Origin: Thermoanaerobaculia bacterium
GTDB taxonomy: Bacteria > Acidobacteriota > Thermoanaerobaculia > Multivoradales > Multivoraceae
NCBI GenBank assembly: GCA_963666565.1
Contig: OY762911.1
Coordinates: 4,704,001 to 4,768,000 of the forward strand
Length of the DNA: 64,000 nucleotides
Reading direction: 5' to 3'
Shown here: in pieces, positions 39,191 through 48,552 of the stretch
How positions within the stretch are numbered: position 1 is the stretch's first letter
Layout: each line of letters begins with the position of its first letter
The notes under the pieces: generated by a model
Seen by the model: the letters and a program-made list of their open reading frames with translations, nothing else
What the model was told of the DNA's origin: nothing
Databases searched by the model: none
Translations under genes and position numbers: made by a program

Positions 39191-39925
39191 TCAGACCTCG
39201 GGCACCGCGGCATCGACCGACCGTGCATCGGGCGGCCGCTCCAGATCCCGCAGGAGCCAGGACAACGCTTCCTCGACCTGCCGCTTCGCGCCGTGCTCGA
39301 CGATGTCGCCGTGGCAGGGAACGAGGCGGTCGAACGGACAACAGAGCATGCGGAGACAGCTTGCCGCGGCCGCGGGCCGGTCCCGCACCGCCAGTCGGAA
39401 GACCCGGCTCTGCGCCACCCGGCCGTAGCCCCCGGTCAGCCGCAGGTAGATCGTGACGGCCGGCCCCAGCCGACGCCTGAGGTTGAAGAGCAGATCCGTC
39501 ACCAGCAGCGACCCGCTCGGACGATGGACGAAGACGACCTCCTTGAACGTGGGCATGCCCTCGATGGGGATCGCCTGGAGTTCGTCGCCCCACGGCGCGG
39601 CGACCCCCAGCGTGCCGGCGAACGTCACGTCCGGCCGCTTCTTCTCAAGTCCCGGCGCCGCGTGAACTTCCGCCTCCGGAAATCGTTCGACCGCCGCCGG
39701 CAGGTGAAGGTGATGGAACAGGTTCGGGGCGACGAGGTACTCCACGGGACCCAGCTCGCCGATCTCGGCCGCCCGCGCATCGTCCATCGGTCCCGGCGAG
39801 TGAATCCAGAGCCCGCCGGAGGCCAGCCGCACGATCGTCATCCGGCACGGCGCCGTGAGACCGAAACCGAACTTCTGACGATGCTCGGCGCACCAGACGC
39901 CGGAGCAGATCTCCCGAACACCCAT
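39191..39925 (-). CDS. DUF4336-like (metallo-beta-lactamase-fold) protein
   Basis: RMTIVRL, VAPNLFHHL, EVVFVH, LLVTDL and PCHG. Confidence 0.78.
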   Translation of the reverse strand: MGVREICSGVWCAEHRQKFGFGLTAPCRMTIVRLASGGLWIHSPGPMDDARAAEIGELGPVEYLVAPNLFHHLHLPAAVERFPEAEVHAAPGLEKKRPDVTFAGTLGVAAPWGDELQAIPIEGMPTFKEVVFVHRPSGSLLVTDLLFNLRRRLGPAVTIYLRLTGGYGRVAQSRVFRLAVRDRPAAAASCLRMLCCPFDRLVPCHGDIVEHGAKRQVEEALSWLLRDLERPPDARSVDAAVPEV

Positions 39926-39960
39926 CCACGCAAGTATAGGAGTCGTAGAATCCCGAGGCC

Positions 39961-40944
39961 ATGCAGCCGATTCCCATCCGTCCCCGGCGCAACCGCCGCT
40001 CGACGGCGATCCGCTCGCTGGTCCGCGAGACGGACCTCGGACCGGACCGGCTCATCTACCCGCTGTTCGTCACGGAGGGCAGCGACGAGGCCGAACCGAT
40101 CGACTCGATGCCCGGGCAGGCGCGGCTGAGCATCGACCGCCTGGTGGCCGAGAGCCGCGCCGCGCACGCGCTCGGCGTGCCGGCCGTGGCGCTGTTCCCG
40201 GCCGTGGACGACGAGCTGAAGGACCGCACCGCCAGCGGCGCCCTGGACCCGGACGGCCTGGTCCAGCGCGCCGTGCGCGAACTCAAGTCGGCGCTGCCGG
40301 ACCTGCTCGTGATCACCGACGTGGCGATGGACCCGTACTCGAGCGACGGCCACGACGGCCTGGTCGAGGACGGCGAGATCGTGAACGACCCGACGCTCGA
40401 GATCCTCGCCGCCACCGCGGTCTCCCAGGCCGACGCCGGCGCCGACGTCATCGCCCCCTCGGACATGATGGACGGCCGGGTGCGGGCGATCCGCGCCGCC
40501 CTCGACGCCGCCGGCCACGACCAGGTCGGCATCCTCAGCTACACCTCGAAGTACGCCTCGCACTTCTACGGCCCGTTCCGCGACGCCCTCGACTCGGCGC
40601 CCCGCGCCGGCGACAAGAAGACGTACCAGATGGACCCGGCGAACGTCCGCGAGGCGGTGCGCGAGGCCCGGCTGGACGCCCAGGAAGGGGCGGACGTCGT
40701 CATGGTCAAGCCCGCCCTCGCCTACCTCGACGTGATCCGCGCCGTCCGCGAGGCGGTCGACCTGCCGGTCGCCGCCTACCAGGTGAGCGGCGAGTACGCG
40801 ATGATCCAGGCGGTCGCCGCGAACGGCTGGATGGACGGCGACGCGCTGATGATCGAGACCCTCACTTCCATTCGCCGCGCCGGCGCCGACATGATCCTCA
40901 CCTACTTCGCCCGGCGCTGCGCCGAGGTCCTGGACAGCCCGTGA
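39961..40944 (+). CDS. hemB: Porphobilinogen synthase (delta-aminolevulinate dehydratase)
   Basis: RPRRNR, DVAMDPYSSDGHDG (Asp-rich metal site), PSDMMDGR, FYGPFRDA, MVKPA and AYQVSGEY. Confidence 0.97.
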   Translation: MQPIPIRPRRNRRSTAIRSLVRETDLGPDRLIYPLFVTEGSDEAEPIDSMPGQARLSIDRLVAESRAAHALGVPAVALFPAVDDELKDRTASGALDPDGLVQRAVRELKSALPDLLVITDVAMDPYSSDGHDGLVEDGEIVNDPTLEILAATAVSQADAGADVIAPSDMMDGRVRAIRAALDAAGHDQVGILSYTSKYASHFYGPFRDALDSAPRAGDKKTYQMDPANVREAVREARLDAQEGADVVMVKPALAYLDVIRAVREAVDLPVAAYQVSGEYAMIQAVAANGWMDGDALMIETLTSIRRAGADMILTYFARRCAEVLDSP

Positions 40945-42581
40945 CGCGCCGCCCGTTCGCGGCCTGCCTGGTCGCTCTCGGCGCTGCCGCGGCGCTCGGA
41001 GCTTGCACGACGGAACCGGGTGCGCCGACGCCTTCCGCGGCTTCCGGGCAAGACGCGGCGCGAAGCGGCGACCGATCCGCGGGCGCCACGGCGGAAAGGC
41101 CGCCGAACATCGTCTTCTTCCTTGTCGACGACATGGGCTGGCGCGACGTCGGCGTCTTCGGCAGCACGTTCCACGAGACGCCGCACATCGACGCACTCGC
41201 CGAGCAGGGCGTGCGCTTCACCAATGCGTACGCGGCGACGCACGTCTGTTCGCCTACCCGCGCCTCGCTCATGACCGGCAAGTACCCGGCAAGGCTGCGC
41301 CTGACGGACTGGCTGCCGGGCCGCAGAGAGCACGCCTTCGAACGGCTGTTGAGCGCCGAAAAGCTGGCCGCCCTGCCGCTGGAGGAAGTGACGCTGGCCG
41401 AAGCGCTCAGGGAACACGGCTACAGCACGGCGATCTTCGGCAAGTGGCACCTCGGCGGCGACGAGGCGGGACCGCTCAACCAGGGCTTCGACGTGCAGAA
41501 GCCCGACTTCCCCGGTTCGACCCCTCGCGGCGGCTACTTCCCGCCGTACCTGATGGCCGGCCTGGTCGTCGAAGGCGAGGAAGACGAGTACCTCACCGAC
41601 CGCCTGACCGATTTCGCCGTCGAGTTCATCGAGGAGAGCCGGGACCGCCCCTTCTTCCTCTACTTGTCGCACTTCGCCGTACACGACCCGATCGAGGGAC
41701 GCCCGGACCTGGTCCTGGAGTACCGCGAGAAGCTGGCGACGATGGCGCCTCCGGCCGAGCCGGCCTTCCTCCTGGAAGGCAATCCCGACGATCCCGAGCC
41801 GCTTTCGCGCGCCCAACTGAACGCCCTGCTGGAACAGCCCTCGCATCGGGAGCACCGGGTGCTGCCCCAGAACACCGTCAAGATCAAACAGCATCAGGAC
41901 AACGTCGAGTTCGCGGCGATGGTCGCCGCGGTCGACGACAGCCTGGGGCGGGTGCGGAGCGCGCTCGACCGGCTGGGGCTGACCGGGAACACGATCGTCG
42001 TCTTCTACTCGGACAACGGCGGGATGTCCGCGGCCAACCTCGGCAATCCCGCGAGGAAGGTGCCCCCCGACCTGCTGGACGTCGCCTACTCCACGTCGAA
42101 CCTGCCGCTGCGCGGCGCCAAGGGCTGGCTGTACGAAGGCGGGATCCGGGTACCGCTCATCGTGCGCTGGCCGGGCGCGGGCCGGGCCGGCGCGGTCCAC
42201 GACGAGCCGGTCATCAGCCCCGACTTCTATCCCACGCTGCTGGAGATGGCCGGGCTGCCCGCCAGGCCCGAACAGCACGTCGACGGCGTGAGCTTCGCCG
42301 CGGCGGTCAAGGGCGAGGACTTCGAGCGCGGACCGATCTACTGGCACTTCCCCCACTACAGCAATCACGGGATGCAGAGCCCCGGCGGCGCGGTCCGCGA
42401 TGGCGCCTGGAAGCTGCTGGAGTACTTCGAGAACGGCACGGTGCAGCTCTTCGACCTGGAGAACGACCTGGGCGAGCGGCGCGACCTCGCCGCCGAGCGG
42501 CCGGCGAAGGCTGCGGAGCTGCGCGACCGGCTCCACGCCTGGCGGGAGGCCGTGTCGGCGGCGATGCCGACGAGTCGCTGA
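40941..42581 (+). CDS. Formylglycine-dependent sulfatase, likely a lipoprotein
   Basis: LGAC lipobox, DDMG, CSPTRASLMTG, GKWHLG, SDNGG and YEGGIRVP. Confidence 0.93.
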   Translation: MTRRPFAACLVALGAAAALGACTTEPGAPTPSAASGQDAARSGDRSAGATAERPPNIVFFLVDDMGWRDVGVFGSTFHETPHIDALAEQGVRFTNAYAATHVCSPTRASLMTGKYPARLRLTDWLPGRREHAFERLLSAEKLAALPLEEVTLAEALREHGYSTAIFGKWHLGGDEAGPLNQGFDVQKPDFPGSTPRGGYFPPYLMAGLVVEGEEDEYLTDRLTDFAVEFIEESRDRPFFLYLSHFAVHDPIEGRPDLVLEYREKLATMAPPAEPAFLLEGNPDDPEPLSRAQLNALLEQPSHREHRVLPQNTVKIKQHQDNVEFAAMVAAVDDSLGRVRSALDRLGLTGNTIVVFYSDNGGMSAANLGNPARKVPPDLLDVAYSTSNLPLRGAKGWLYEGGIRVPLIVRWPGAGRAGAVHDEPVISPDFYPTLLEMAGLPARPEQHVDGVSFAAAVKGEDFERGPIYWHFPHYSNHGMQSPGGAVRDGAWKLLEYFENGTVQLFDLENDLGERRDLAAERPAKAAELRDRLHAWREAVSAAMPTSR

Positions 42582-42596
42582 GCCCCTGCCCGGTTG

Positions 42597-42764
42597 GCGC
42601 CGCCGGACGGTCGCCGCTTCGCGGCGCGTTCTTGTCGGAAGCCGGCGAGGGCGCCGGCGCACCCAGTGTGCGGCGGCGCAGGCTCCCCCGAGCGCCAGTG
42701 CGGGGCGGCGCGTCCTGCTTCGGAAGCCGGCGAGGGCGCCGGCACACCCAGTGTGCGGCGGCGC
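42597..42764. repeat. REP subfamily-2 element with a 45-bp direct repeat
   Basis: TCGGAAGCCGGCGAGGGCGCCGGC(G/A)CACCCAGTGTGCGGCGGCGC at 42635-42679 and 42720-42764. Confidence 0.82.
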
Positions 42765-42776
42765 CAGGTTCCGCAG

Positions 42777-43460
42777 TCAGCGGGCGGCGCGGAACAGGAA
42801 CAGGTGCTGGGTCGGCAGCGAGTCGATCCGTTCGACCAGCTCGTAGCCGGCCGGGATCCACTCCTTCATCACCTGTTCGATCGACATCCGGTGGTCGAGC
42901 TTGATGTGAGCCGCGCTGCGGCCCTCCAGCCGGAACTCGACGAGGGCGATGACGCCGTCGGGCGCGAGCGCCTTCCGCATCGCATGGAGCATCGGCTCGG
43001 GCCGGGAGAACTCGTGGTACACGTCGACGAGCAGCATCAGGTCGACCTCGCCCTCCGGCAGGTTCGGATCGTCTTCGGCGCCGAGCACCGTGCCGATGTT
43101 CTCGATCCCTTCGCGGGCCGCGAGTTCCGACGCGATCCGCAGCATCTGCGGCTGAATGTCGTTGCACAGCACCGTGCCCTCGGGGCCGACCTCCGCCGCC
43201 AGCCGGCGTGCGTGGTAGCCCGAGCCGCAGCCGATGTCGACGACCAGCATCCCCTTCTCGATCGGCAGGGCGGCGATCAGCGCGTCGGGGTTCTCCTCTT
43301 CGATCCGCGTCGCCCGCTCCAGCCATCCGGCGCCGCGGAACGACATGACGTCGGCGATCTTGCGGCCCTTGTAGACGCCGGGTTCGTCCGGCGCCTGCGC
43401 GGACACGACCGCGTGGAACGGCGCCGCCAGCGCGATGACGGCAACAGCGAAACGACTCAT
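42777..43460 (-). CDS. Class I SAM-dependent methyltransferase with signal peptide
   Basis: VVDIGCGSG motif I, DIQPQML and DVYHEFS. Confidence 0.87.
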   Translation of the reverse strand: MSRFAVAVIALAAPFHAVVSAQAPDEPGVYKGRKIADVMSFRGAGWLERATRIEEENPDALIAALPIEKGMLVVDIGCGSGYHARRLAAEVGPEGTVLCNDIQPQMLRIASELAAREGIENIGTVLGAEDDPNLPEGEVDLMLLVDVYHEFSRPEPMLHAMRKALAPDGVIALVEFRLEGRSAAHIKLDHRMSIEQVMKEWIPAGYELVERIDSLPTQHLFLFRAAR

Positions 43461-43540
43461 GACGAGCCGGACGCTATCGCACGCCCGCGCGCAGGCCTCC
43501 GGTGGTAGAATCGCCGATTCTCGAAAGGCAGGAACCCCCC

Positions 43541-44332
43541 ATGAGAATCTTCACCCTTCTTGTTCCGGCCCTTCTCGGCTCGGCCGTACTGGCGCAGGAG
43601 AACCGCCTGACCTCGGCTCGTCTCGACGGCGACGTGCTTCGCCTGAGCGTCAACGACGAGCTGCAGGCGGTACGGCACTTCCCCCTGCCCGGTCCGCCCC
43701 GCGTCGTGGTCGACCTGTTCGGCATCGATGCGTCGGTCGCCGAGATGCCGGCGCCGGCGGCCGGCAGCCCGGCCTTCGAGGTGCGCACCGGCCAGCACCC
43801 CGGCTTCGTCCGCGTGGTTGTCGATCTGAAATCGGCCCTGCCGTCCTACCAGGTGCGCCAGTCGGAAGGACTCGTCGAGATCGGTCTCGGCACGACTCTC
43901 CCGCCGTCGGCGACCGGGGTCCTGGTCGGAGAGTCGCCGGTTCCCGGCGCCGCGCCGGCGCCGCGACCGGCCGCGGCACCGGTGGTCGACGTCGCCGTCG
44001 AGGCGGCGCCCGCCGCGCGGCCGGCACCGTCGGCCTCTCCCGCATCGCCGGCGCCGACGGGGAGCGCACTGCAGAACCTCGACGACCTGACGACGGACGA
44101 GCTCCTGGAGCTCATCGACGCGGAACTCGCCGCGGCCGGGCTCGATCAGCAGGAGTCGGCGGAGGAGCTGATCGAGCAGGTCGAAGCCGAGCTGGCCGCC
44201 CGCCCGCCGAGCCCGGCCGTCCCAGAGGCGCCGGCCGAACCGGAACGGCGGGCGCCCGCGGAGGTTGGCGATCCCGCGGATCGGCCGCCGTTCCGCTTCA
44301 TCGACGAAGAGCCGGACGCTCCGCCGAAGTAG
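43541..44332 (+). CDS. Secreted AMIN-domain protein with a Pro/Ala-rich linker
   Basis: Signal peptide; PPRVVVDL and VRTGQHPGFVRVVVDL AMIN-like strands. Confidence 0.7.
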   Translation: MRIFTLLVPALLGSAVLAQENRLTSARLDGDVLRLSVNDELQAVRHFPLPGPPRVVVDLFGIDASVAEMPAPAAGSPAFEVRTGQHPGFVRVVVDLKSALPSYQVRQSEGLVEIGLGTTLPPSATGVLVGESPVPGAAPAPRPAAAPVVDVAVEAAPAARPAPSASPASPAPTGSALQNLDDLTTDELLELIDAELAAAGLDQQESAEELIEQVEAELAARPPSPAVPEAPAEPERRAPAEVGDPADRPPFRFIDEEPDAPPK

Positions 44333-44381
44333 AGGTCGCCGGCCAGGGCCGGCGGCTGGCTTCCAGGGGCTTCGCCCCAGG

Positions 44382-44434
44382 GCGGGTCGGAAGACCCGCG
44401 CACCCAGTGCGGGTCGGAAGACCCGCGCACCCAG
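44382..44434. repeat. Tandem REP doublet
   Basis: GCGGGTCGGAAGACCCGCGCACCCAG occurs twice; the 53 bp are the exact reverse complement of 19410-19462. Confidence 0.9.
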
Positions 44435-44451
44435 CCAGCGCACCGGGTGGA

Positions 44452-44958
44452 TCAGCACCAGAAGCACCAGTGGTAGGGCGGCCGGAAGTAGGTGATCAGC
44501 CGGCCGCAGACGATGACGCCGATCCAGCAGACCAGGGAGACCGCCGCCGCGGTGCGGGCGCCCGCCGGCGCCGGCGCGCCGGCCGCAGCCGCCCGCACGG
44601 GCCGGAAGGCGAAGCGGTAGAAAACGAGGATGTTCAGGCCGGCGATCGCCATCAGCGACAGCTTGATCTGGAACGCGGGGTTGTAGAGATACTGGTTCGG
44701 AGCGCTGACCACGAACAGGAAGCCGGTACACAGGTTGAGCGCGTAGCCGCCGACTCCCCAGGGCACGAGCCGGTGCAGCGCTCCCATCGGCACGCCGCGC
44801 GCCACCCCGAGCAGGCGCAGGTCCCAGAGACCGATGCAGCCGATCAGCAGGGACAGGCCCAGGAAGTGGAGCGACTCCACCGTCGGCCAGCCCCAGGACG
44901 TGTGCATGAAGTTGTAGATGCCGCTCTTCTGGCCGATCGAGTACAGCAGGTCTTCCAT
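44452..44958 (-). CDS. Four-TM membrane protein, DUF6644-like
   Basis: ESLHFLGL..DLRLLG, NPAFQIKL and GRLITY. Confidence 0.75.
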   Translation of the reverse strand: MEDLLYSIGQKSGIYNFMHTSWGWPTVESLHFLGLSLLIGCIGLWDLRLLGVARGVPMGALHRLVPWGVGGYALNLCTGFLFVVSAPNQYLYNPAFQIKLSLMAIAGLNILVFYRFAFRPVRAAAAGAPAPAGARTAAAVSLVCWIGVIVCGRLITYFRPPYHWCFWC

Positions 44959-44977
44959 GGCGCCGGCCCGCTCCGTC

Positions 44978-45481
44978 TCAGTACAGGAGGTGCGAGGCCA
45001 GCATGACCTTCGCGGTGTAGGCGAGGAAGCGCCCGGAAGTGATGACGGCGACCCAGAGCACGAGCGATGCCGCGGCCAGCGCCTTCTCCTTCCCCGGCGC
45101 CGGCGCCGCGTCGTGGCGCGAGTCTCCCAGTACGCCCCGCATCAGCGCTCTCATGATCCAGAGCGCCGCGGCGATCGCCGCCAGCTTGAAGTAGAAGACC
45201 GGGTTGGTCAGCGCCTTCGCCGGATAGGCCAGGAGCAGGGCGAGGCCCGAGACCGTGACCACGGCCAAGCTCGCCCAGAGCGCCGGCAGGTAGCGCCGCA
45301 TGAGCGACCGGGGCACGCCCGGCGCGACGCCCAGGATGCGGAGGTCCGTCACGACATGGATGCCGGCCACGAAGGCCATTCCGATCGAATGGAAAACGAG
45401 ACTCGAGAAGAACGCCCCGCCCGACTCCCGCATCCAGGTCGACGGGCGGGTCTCCTCGAGCCAGATCAGAAAGTCGATCAC
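44978..45481 (-). CDS. Four-TM membrane protein, DUF6644-like, paralogue of its neighbour
   Basis: FHSIGM..DLRILG, NPVFYFKL and GRFLAY. Start taken at GTG 45481. Confidence 0.72.
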   Translation of the reverse strand: MIDFLIWLEETRPSTWMRESGGAFFSSLVFHSIGMAFVAGIHVVTDLRILGVAPGVPRSLMRRYLPALWASLAVVTVSGLALLLAYPAKALTNPVFYFKLAAIAAALWIMRALMRGVLGDSRHDAAPAPGKEKALAAASLVLWVAVITSGRFLAYTAKVMLASHLLY

Positions 45482-45601
45482 CCTGGCGGCCCGGACGCGG
45501 CTAGGAACTTGCGCCGTGGAACGCAGCGCGGCAAGTTCCGCGGCGCGAGTTCTGGAGGTGGGGGCTGAGGCCAAACATGGAGCCTGCGACAGGTTTGGCG
45601 G

Positions 45602-47368
45602 CTACTGGCGCTGCTCTTCGATCCAGGCGTCGATCAGCTCTTCCAGAATGTCCAGCGGCACGGAACCGTTGGCCAGCACGGCGTCGTGGAAGTGGCGCAC
45701 ATCGAAGTCGCTTCCGAGGGCCTGCTCGGCCCGCCCGCGCAGTTCCCGGATCTTCAGTTCGCCCATCTTGTAGGCCAGCGCCTGGCCCGGCCAACTGATG
45801 TAGCGGTCGGTCTCGGTCGTGACCTCGTGCAGGGAGAGAGCCGTGTTCTCGGCCAGATAGTCGAGCATCTGCTGGCGCGTCCAGCCGAAGGCGTGCACTC
45901 CGGTGTCGACCACGAGCCGGCAGGCCCGCCAGATCTCGTAGGTCAGGCGGCCGAAGTTGCTGTACGGATCCTCGTAGATGCCCGCCTCGAGCCCGAGGTA
46001 CTCGGCGTACAGGCCCCAGCCCTCGCCGAAGGCCGAGAGGTAGTCGTGGCGGCGAAACTCCGGCCCGGCGTCGATCTCGGCCGCGAGCGCATTCTGGAGG
46101 TGGTGACCCGGCACCGCCTCGTGCAGGGTCAGCGCCGCCAGCGCGTAGAGGGGCCGGCTCGGGAGGTTGTACGTGTTGACCCAGTAGATGCCGGGCTGGG
46201 TGCTGTTGTACGGGGCGGACACGTAGCGCCCGGCGGTGTACTTCGGCGCCATGTGGTCCGGGACCGGCTCGACCGTGTAGGGGACCCGCGGCAAGGTCGC
46301 GAACAGGGACGGCAGCTTGCCGTCCATCGTCTTGGCGATCCAGGCGGCGCGCTCCAGCAGCTCCTGCGCGGTCTTCGGGTAGAAACGCGGATCGGTGCGC
46401 AAGAAGTCGAGGAACTCGGCGTAGGACCCCTCGAAGCCGATCTCGCGGATCACCTCCGCCATCTCGGCCCGGATCCGCGCGACCTCGCCGAGGCCGATCT
46501 CGTGGACCTCCCGCGCCGTCACGTCGAGCGTGGTGAACCAGCGAACCTGGCTCTCGTAGTAGGCCCGGCCGTCCGGCAGGTCGGCGGCGCCGACGGTCTC
46601 CCTGGCGCCCGGAAGGTACTCGCCGACGAAGAAGTCGTGGAACCCCCGGTAGGCGGGGACCACCGCCTCGACGATCGCCGCCTCGGCATCCGTCAGGATC
46701 CGCTCGCGGTCCATCTCCCCGACGGACGCCGGCACCTCCTCGAAAGGCGCCCAGAAGGCGCTGTCCCGCGGGTCGTCGACGATGTGGGCGGAGATCGTGT
46801 CCTCGTAGCCTTCGAGGGTCACCCGGGGCAGGGTGAAGCCGCCCTCGATCCCCGCGCGCATGTGGCCCTGCTGCTGCTCGAAGTAGGCCGGGATCGCCCG
46901 CATCCTGGCGATGTAGTCGTCGTAGTGGCCGGGAGTCCGGAACGGCATCGGACGGTGCATCCGGGCGAACCCCATGTGGAAGCCGGAGTCCGCGTTGAGC
47001 GGCATCCGGTAGCCGCCGAACTCGAATCCCTCCACGCTGCCGCGGAGCTGGCGCTCGAACATCCGCGCGTTGATCCGGTCCGCCGCGCTGAGCCCGGAGA
47101 TGTCGATCTCCTCGAAGCGCCGCAGGAGATCGCGGCGGCGCTCGACCCGGCGCTCGATCGCCTCAAGGCTCATGTCGGCCAGTTCGTCGTTCCGGCTGTG
47201 ATCGCCGACGCTGGTCGCGAGCTGGGGGCTCTCGCGGAGCCTGGCCTCCCAGTCCTCGTCGAACAGCCCGTAGAGCCGTTCGCGCGCGTCCTCGGGCGGC
47301 GCGCAGGCGGCGAACGCGGCCAGCGCCAGCAGCGCGGAGACGGCTCTGACGGCTGTAGAAACGCTCAT
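45602..47368 (-). CDS. DUF885-family lipoprotein (putative metallopeptidase)
   Basis: FAAC lipobox, HEAVPGHHLQ, EGWGLYAE, RLVVDTG and PGQALAYKMG. Confidence 0.9.
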   Translation of the reverse strand: MSVSTAVRAVSALLALAAFAACAPPEDARERLYGLFDEDWEARLRESPQLATSVGDHSRNDELADMSLEAIERRVERRRDLLRRFEEIDISGLSAADRINARMFERQLRGSVEGFEFGGYRMPLNADSGFHMGFARMHRPMPFRTPGHYDDYIARMRAIPAYFEQQQGHMRAGIEGGFTLPRVTLEGYEDTISAHIVDDPRDSAFWAPFEEVPASVGEMDRERILTDAEAAIVEAVVPAYRGFHDFFVGEYLPGARETVGAADLPDGRAYYESQVRWFTTLDVTAREVHEIGLGEVARIRAEMAEVIREIGFEGSYAEFLDFLRTDPRFYPKTAQELLERAAWIAKTMDGKLPSLFATLPRVPYTVEPVPDHMAPKYTAGRYVSAPYNSTQPGIYWVNTYNLPSRPLYALAALTLHEAVPGHHLQNALAAEIDAGPEFRRHDYLSAFGEGWGLYAEYLGLEAGIYEDPYSNFGRLTYEIWRACRLVVDTGVHAFGWTRQQMLDYLAENTALSLHEVTTETDRYISWPGQALAYKMGELKIRELRGRAEQALGSDFDVRHFHDAVLANGSVPLDILEELIDAWIEEQRQ

Positions 47369-47403
47369 GAAGGCCGAACCCTATCGCGTAGGATCTCGCG
47401 CGC

Positions 47404-48552
47404 GTGAAGTACCTGACCGCTCTCCTGCTCCTCGCCTCCTCGGTCGCCGCGGCGGCGCCGCTGGAACTCCGGCCGGGCGACCGGATCTGCCTCGTCGGCA
47501 ACACGTTCGCCGAACGATTCCAGCTCTTCGGCTACTTCGAGAGCGAACTGCTGGCCGCCTTCCCGGATCTCGGTCTGTCCGTTCGGAACCTCGCCTGGTC
47601 GGCGGACGAGGCGGCACTCCGGCCCCGGCCGCTCGACTTCGGCGCCGTGGACCGTCACCTCGAAGCCCAGGCCGCCGACGTCGTGCTGATGTTCTACGGC
47701 GCCAACGAGTCGTTCGACGGCACCGCGGGACTGCCCGCGTTCCGCAACGACCTGGGCCGGCTGCTCCGCCACGTCTCGAAGCGGACCTACAACGGCGAGG
47801 AACCTCCGCGCGTGGCCCTCGTCTCGCCGATTCCGCAGCAGGCCCTGCCCGGAGGCGCCGGCCTCGACGAGGCGGCCGTCTCGCGGCGAAACGCCGCGCT
47901 CCGCTCCTACTCCGCCGCGGCCGCGGCCGTGGCCGCCGAGAACGGCATCGGCTTCCTCGACGTCTTCGGCCCGATGGCCGCCGCCCTTGACGCGGCGCCG
48001 GCGCCCCTGACGATCAACGGCATCCACCTGAACGATGCCGGCTACTGGCACGCGGCCGGGGCCTTGGTCGAAGCGCTCGGCGGTTCGGCGCGAGGGACGC
48101 TCAAGGTCTCGGCAGGCGGCGCCGCGGGAATCGAGTTCGAGCCGCCCGTCCGCTTGCGGCCACCCGCCGGCGGCGCGGCGCCGCTTCGGATCGCGGTCTC
48201 CGATCTGGACGCCGGCTACTACGCGCTGCGCTGGGGCGAGGAGACCCTGGCCACCGCCGATCGCGCCGCCTGGGCCGAAGGCGTCGACCTGCCGGCGACC
48301 GCGACGGCCGCCCTGGCCGAATCCGGCGACCGGCTGCGAAGCGTCGTGGTTCGCAAGAGCCGGCTGTTCTTCGACCGCTACCGCGCCGTGAACGGCTACT
48401 ACATCTACGGCGGGCGCAAGGAGCCCTTCGGCGTTCACTCCTTCCCGCCCGAGATGGCCCGCTTCGACGAACTGGTCGGCGAACTCGACGACGAGGCCGC
48501 GGCGCTCGCCCGGTCGGACGAAGTGTGGCGCCTGGAGCGCGTCGACCGATGA
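47404..48552 (+). CDS. Secreted SGNH/GDSL-hydrolase-like protein
   Basis: GNTFAER, RNLAWSAD, YGANE and NGIHLN; signal peptide present. Confidence 0.75.
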   Translation: MKYLTALLLLASSVAAAAPLELRPGDRICLVGNTFAERFQLFGYFESELLAAFPDLGLSVRNLAWSADEAALRPRPLDFGAVDRHLEAQAADVVLMFYGANESFDGTAGLPAFRNDLGRLLRHVSKRTYNGEEPPRVALVSPIPQQALPGGAGLDEAAVSRRNAALRSYSAAAAAVAAENGIGFLDVFGPMAAALDAAPAPLTINGIHLNDAGYWHAAGALVEALGGSARGTLKVSAGGAAGIEFEPPVRLRPPAGGAAPLRIAVSDLDAGYYALRWGEETLATADRAAWAEGVDLPATATAALAESGDRLRSVVVRKSRLFFDRYRAVNGYYIYGGRKEPFGVHSFPPEMARFDELVGELDDEAAALARSDEVWRLERVDR

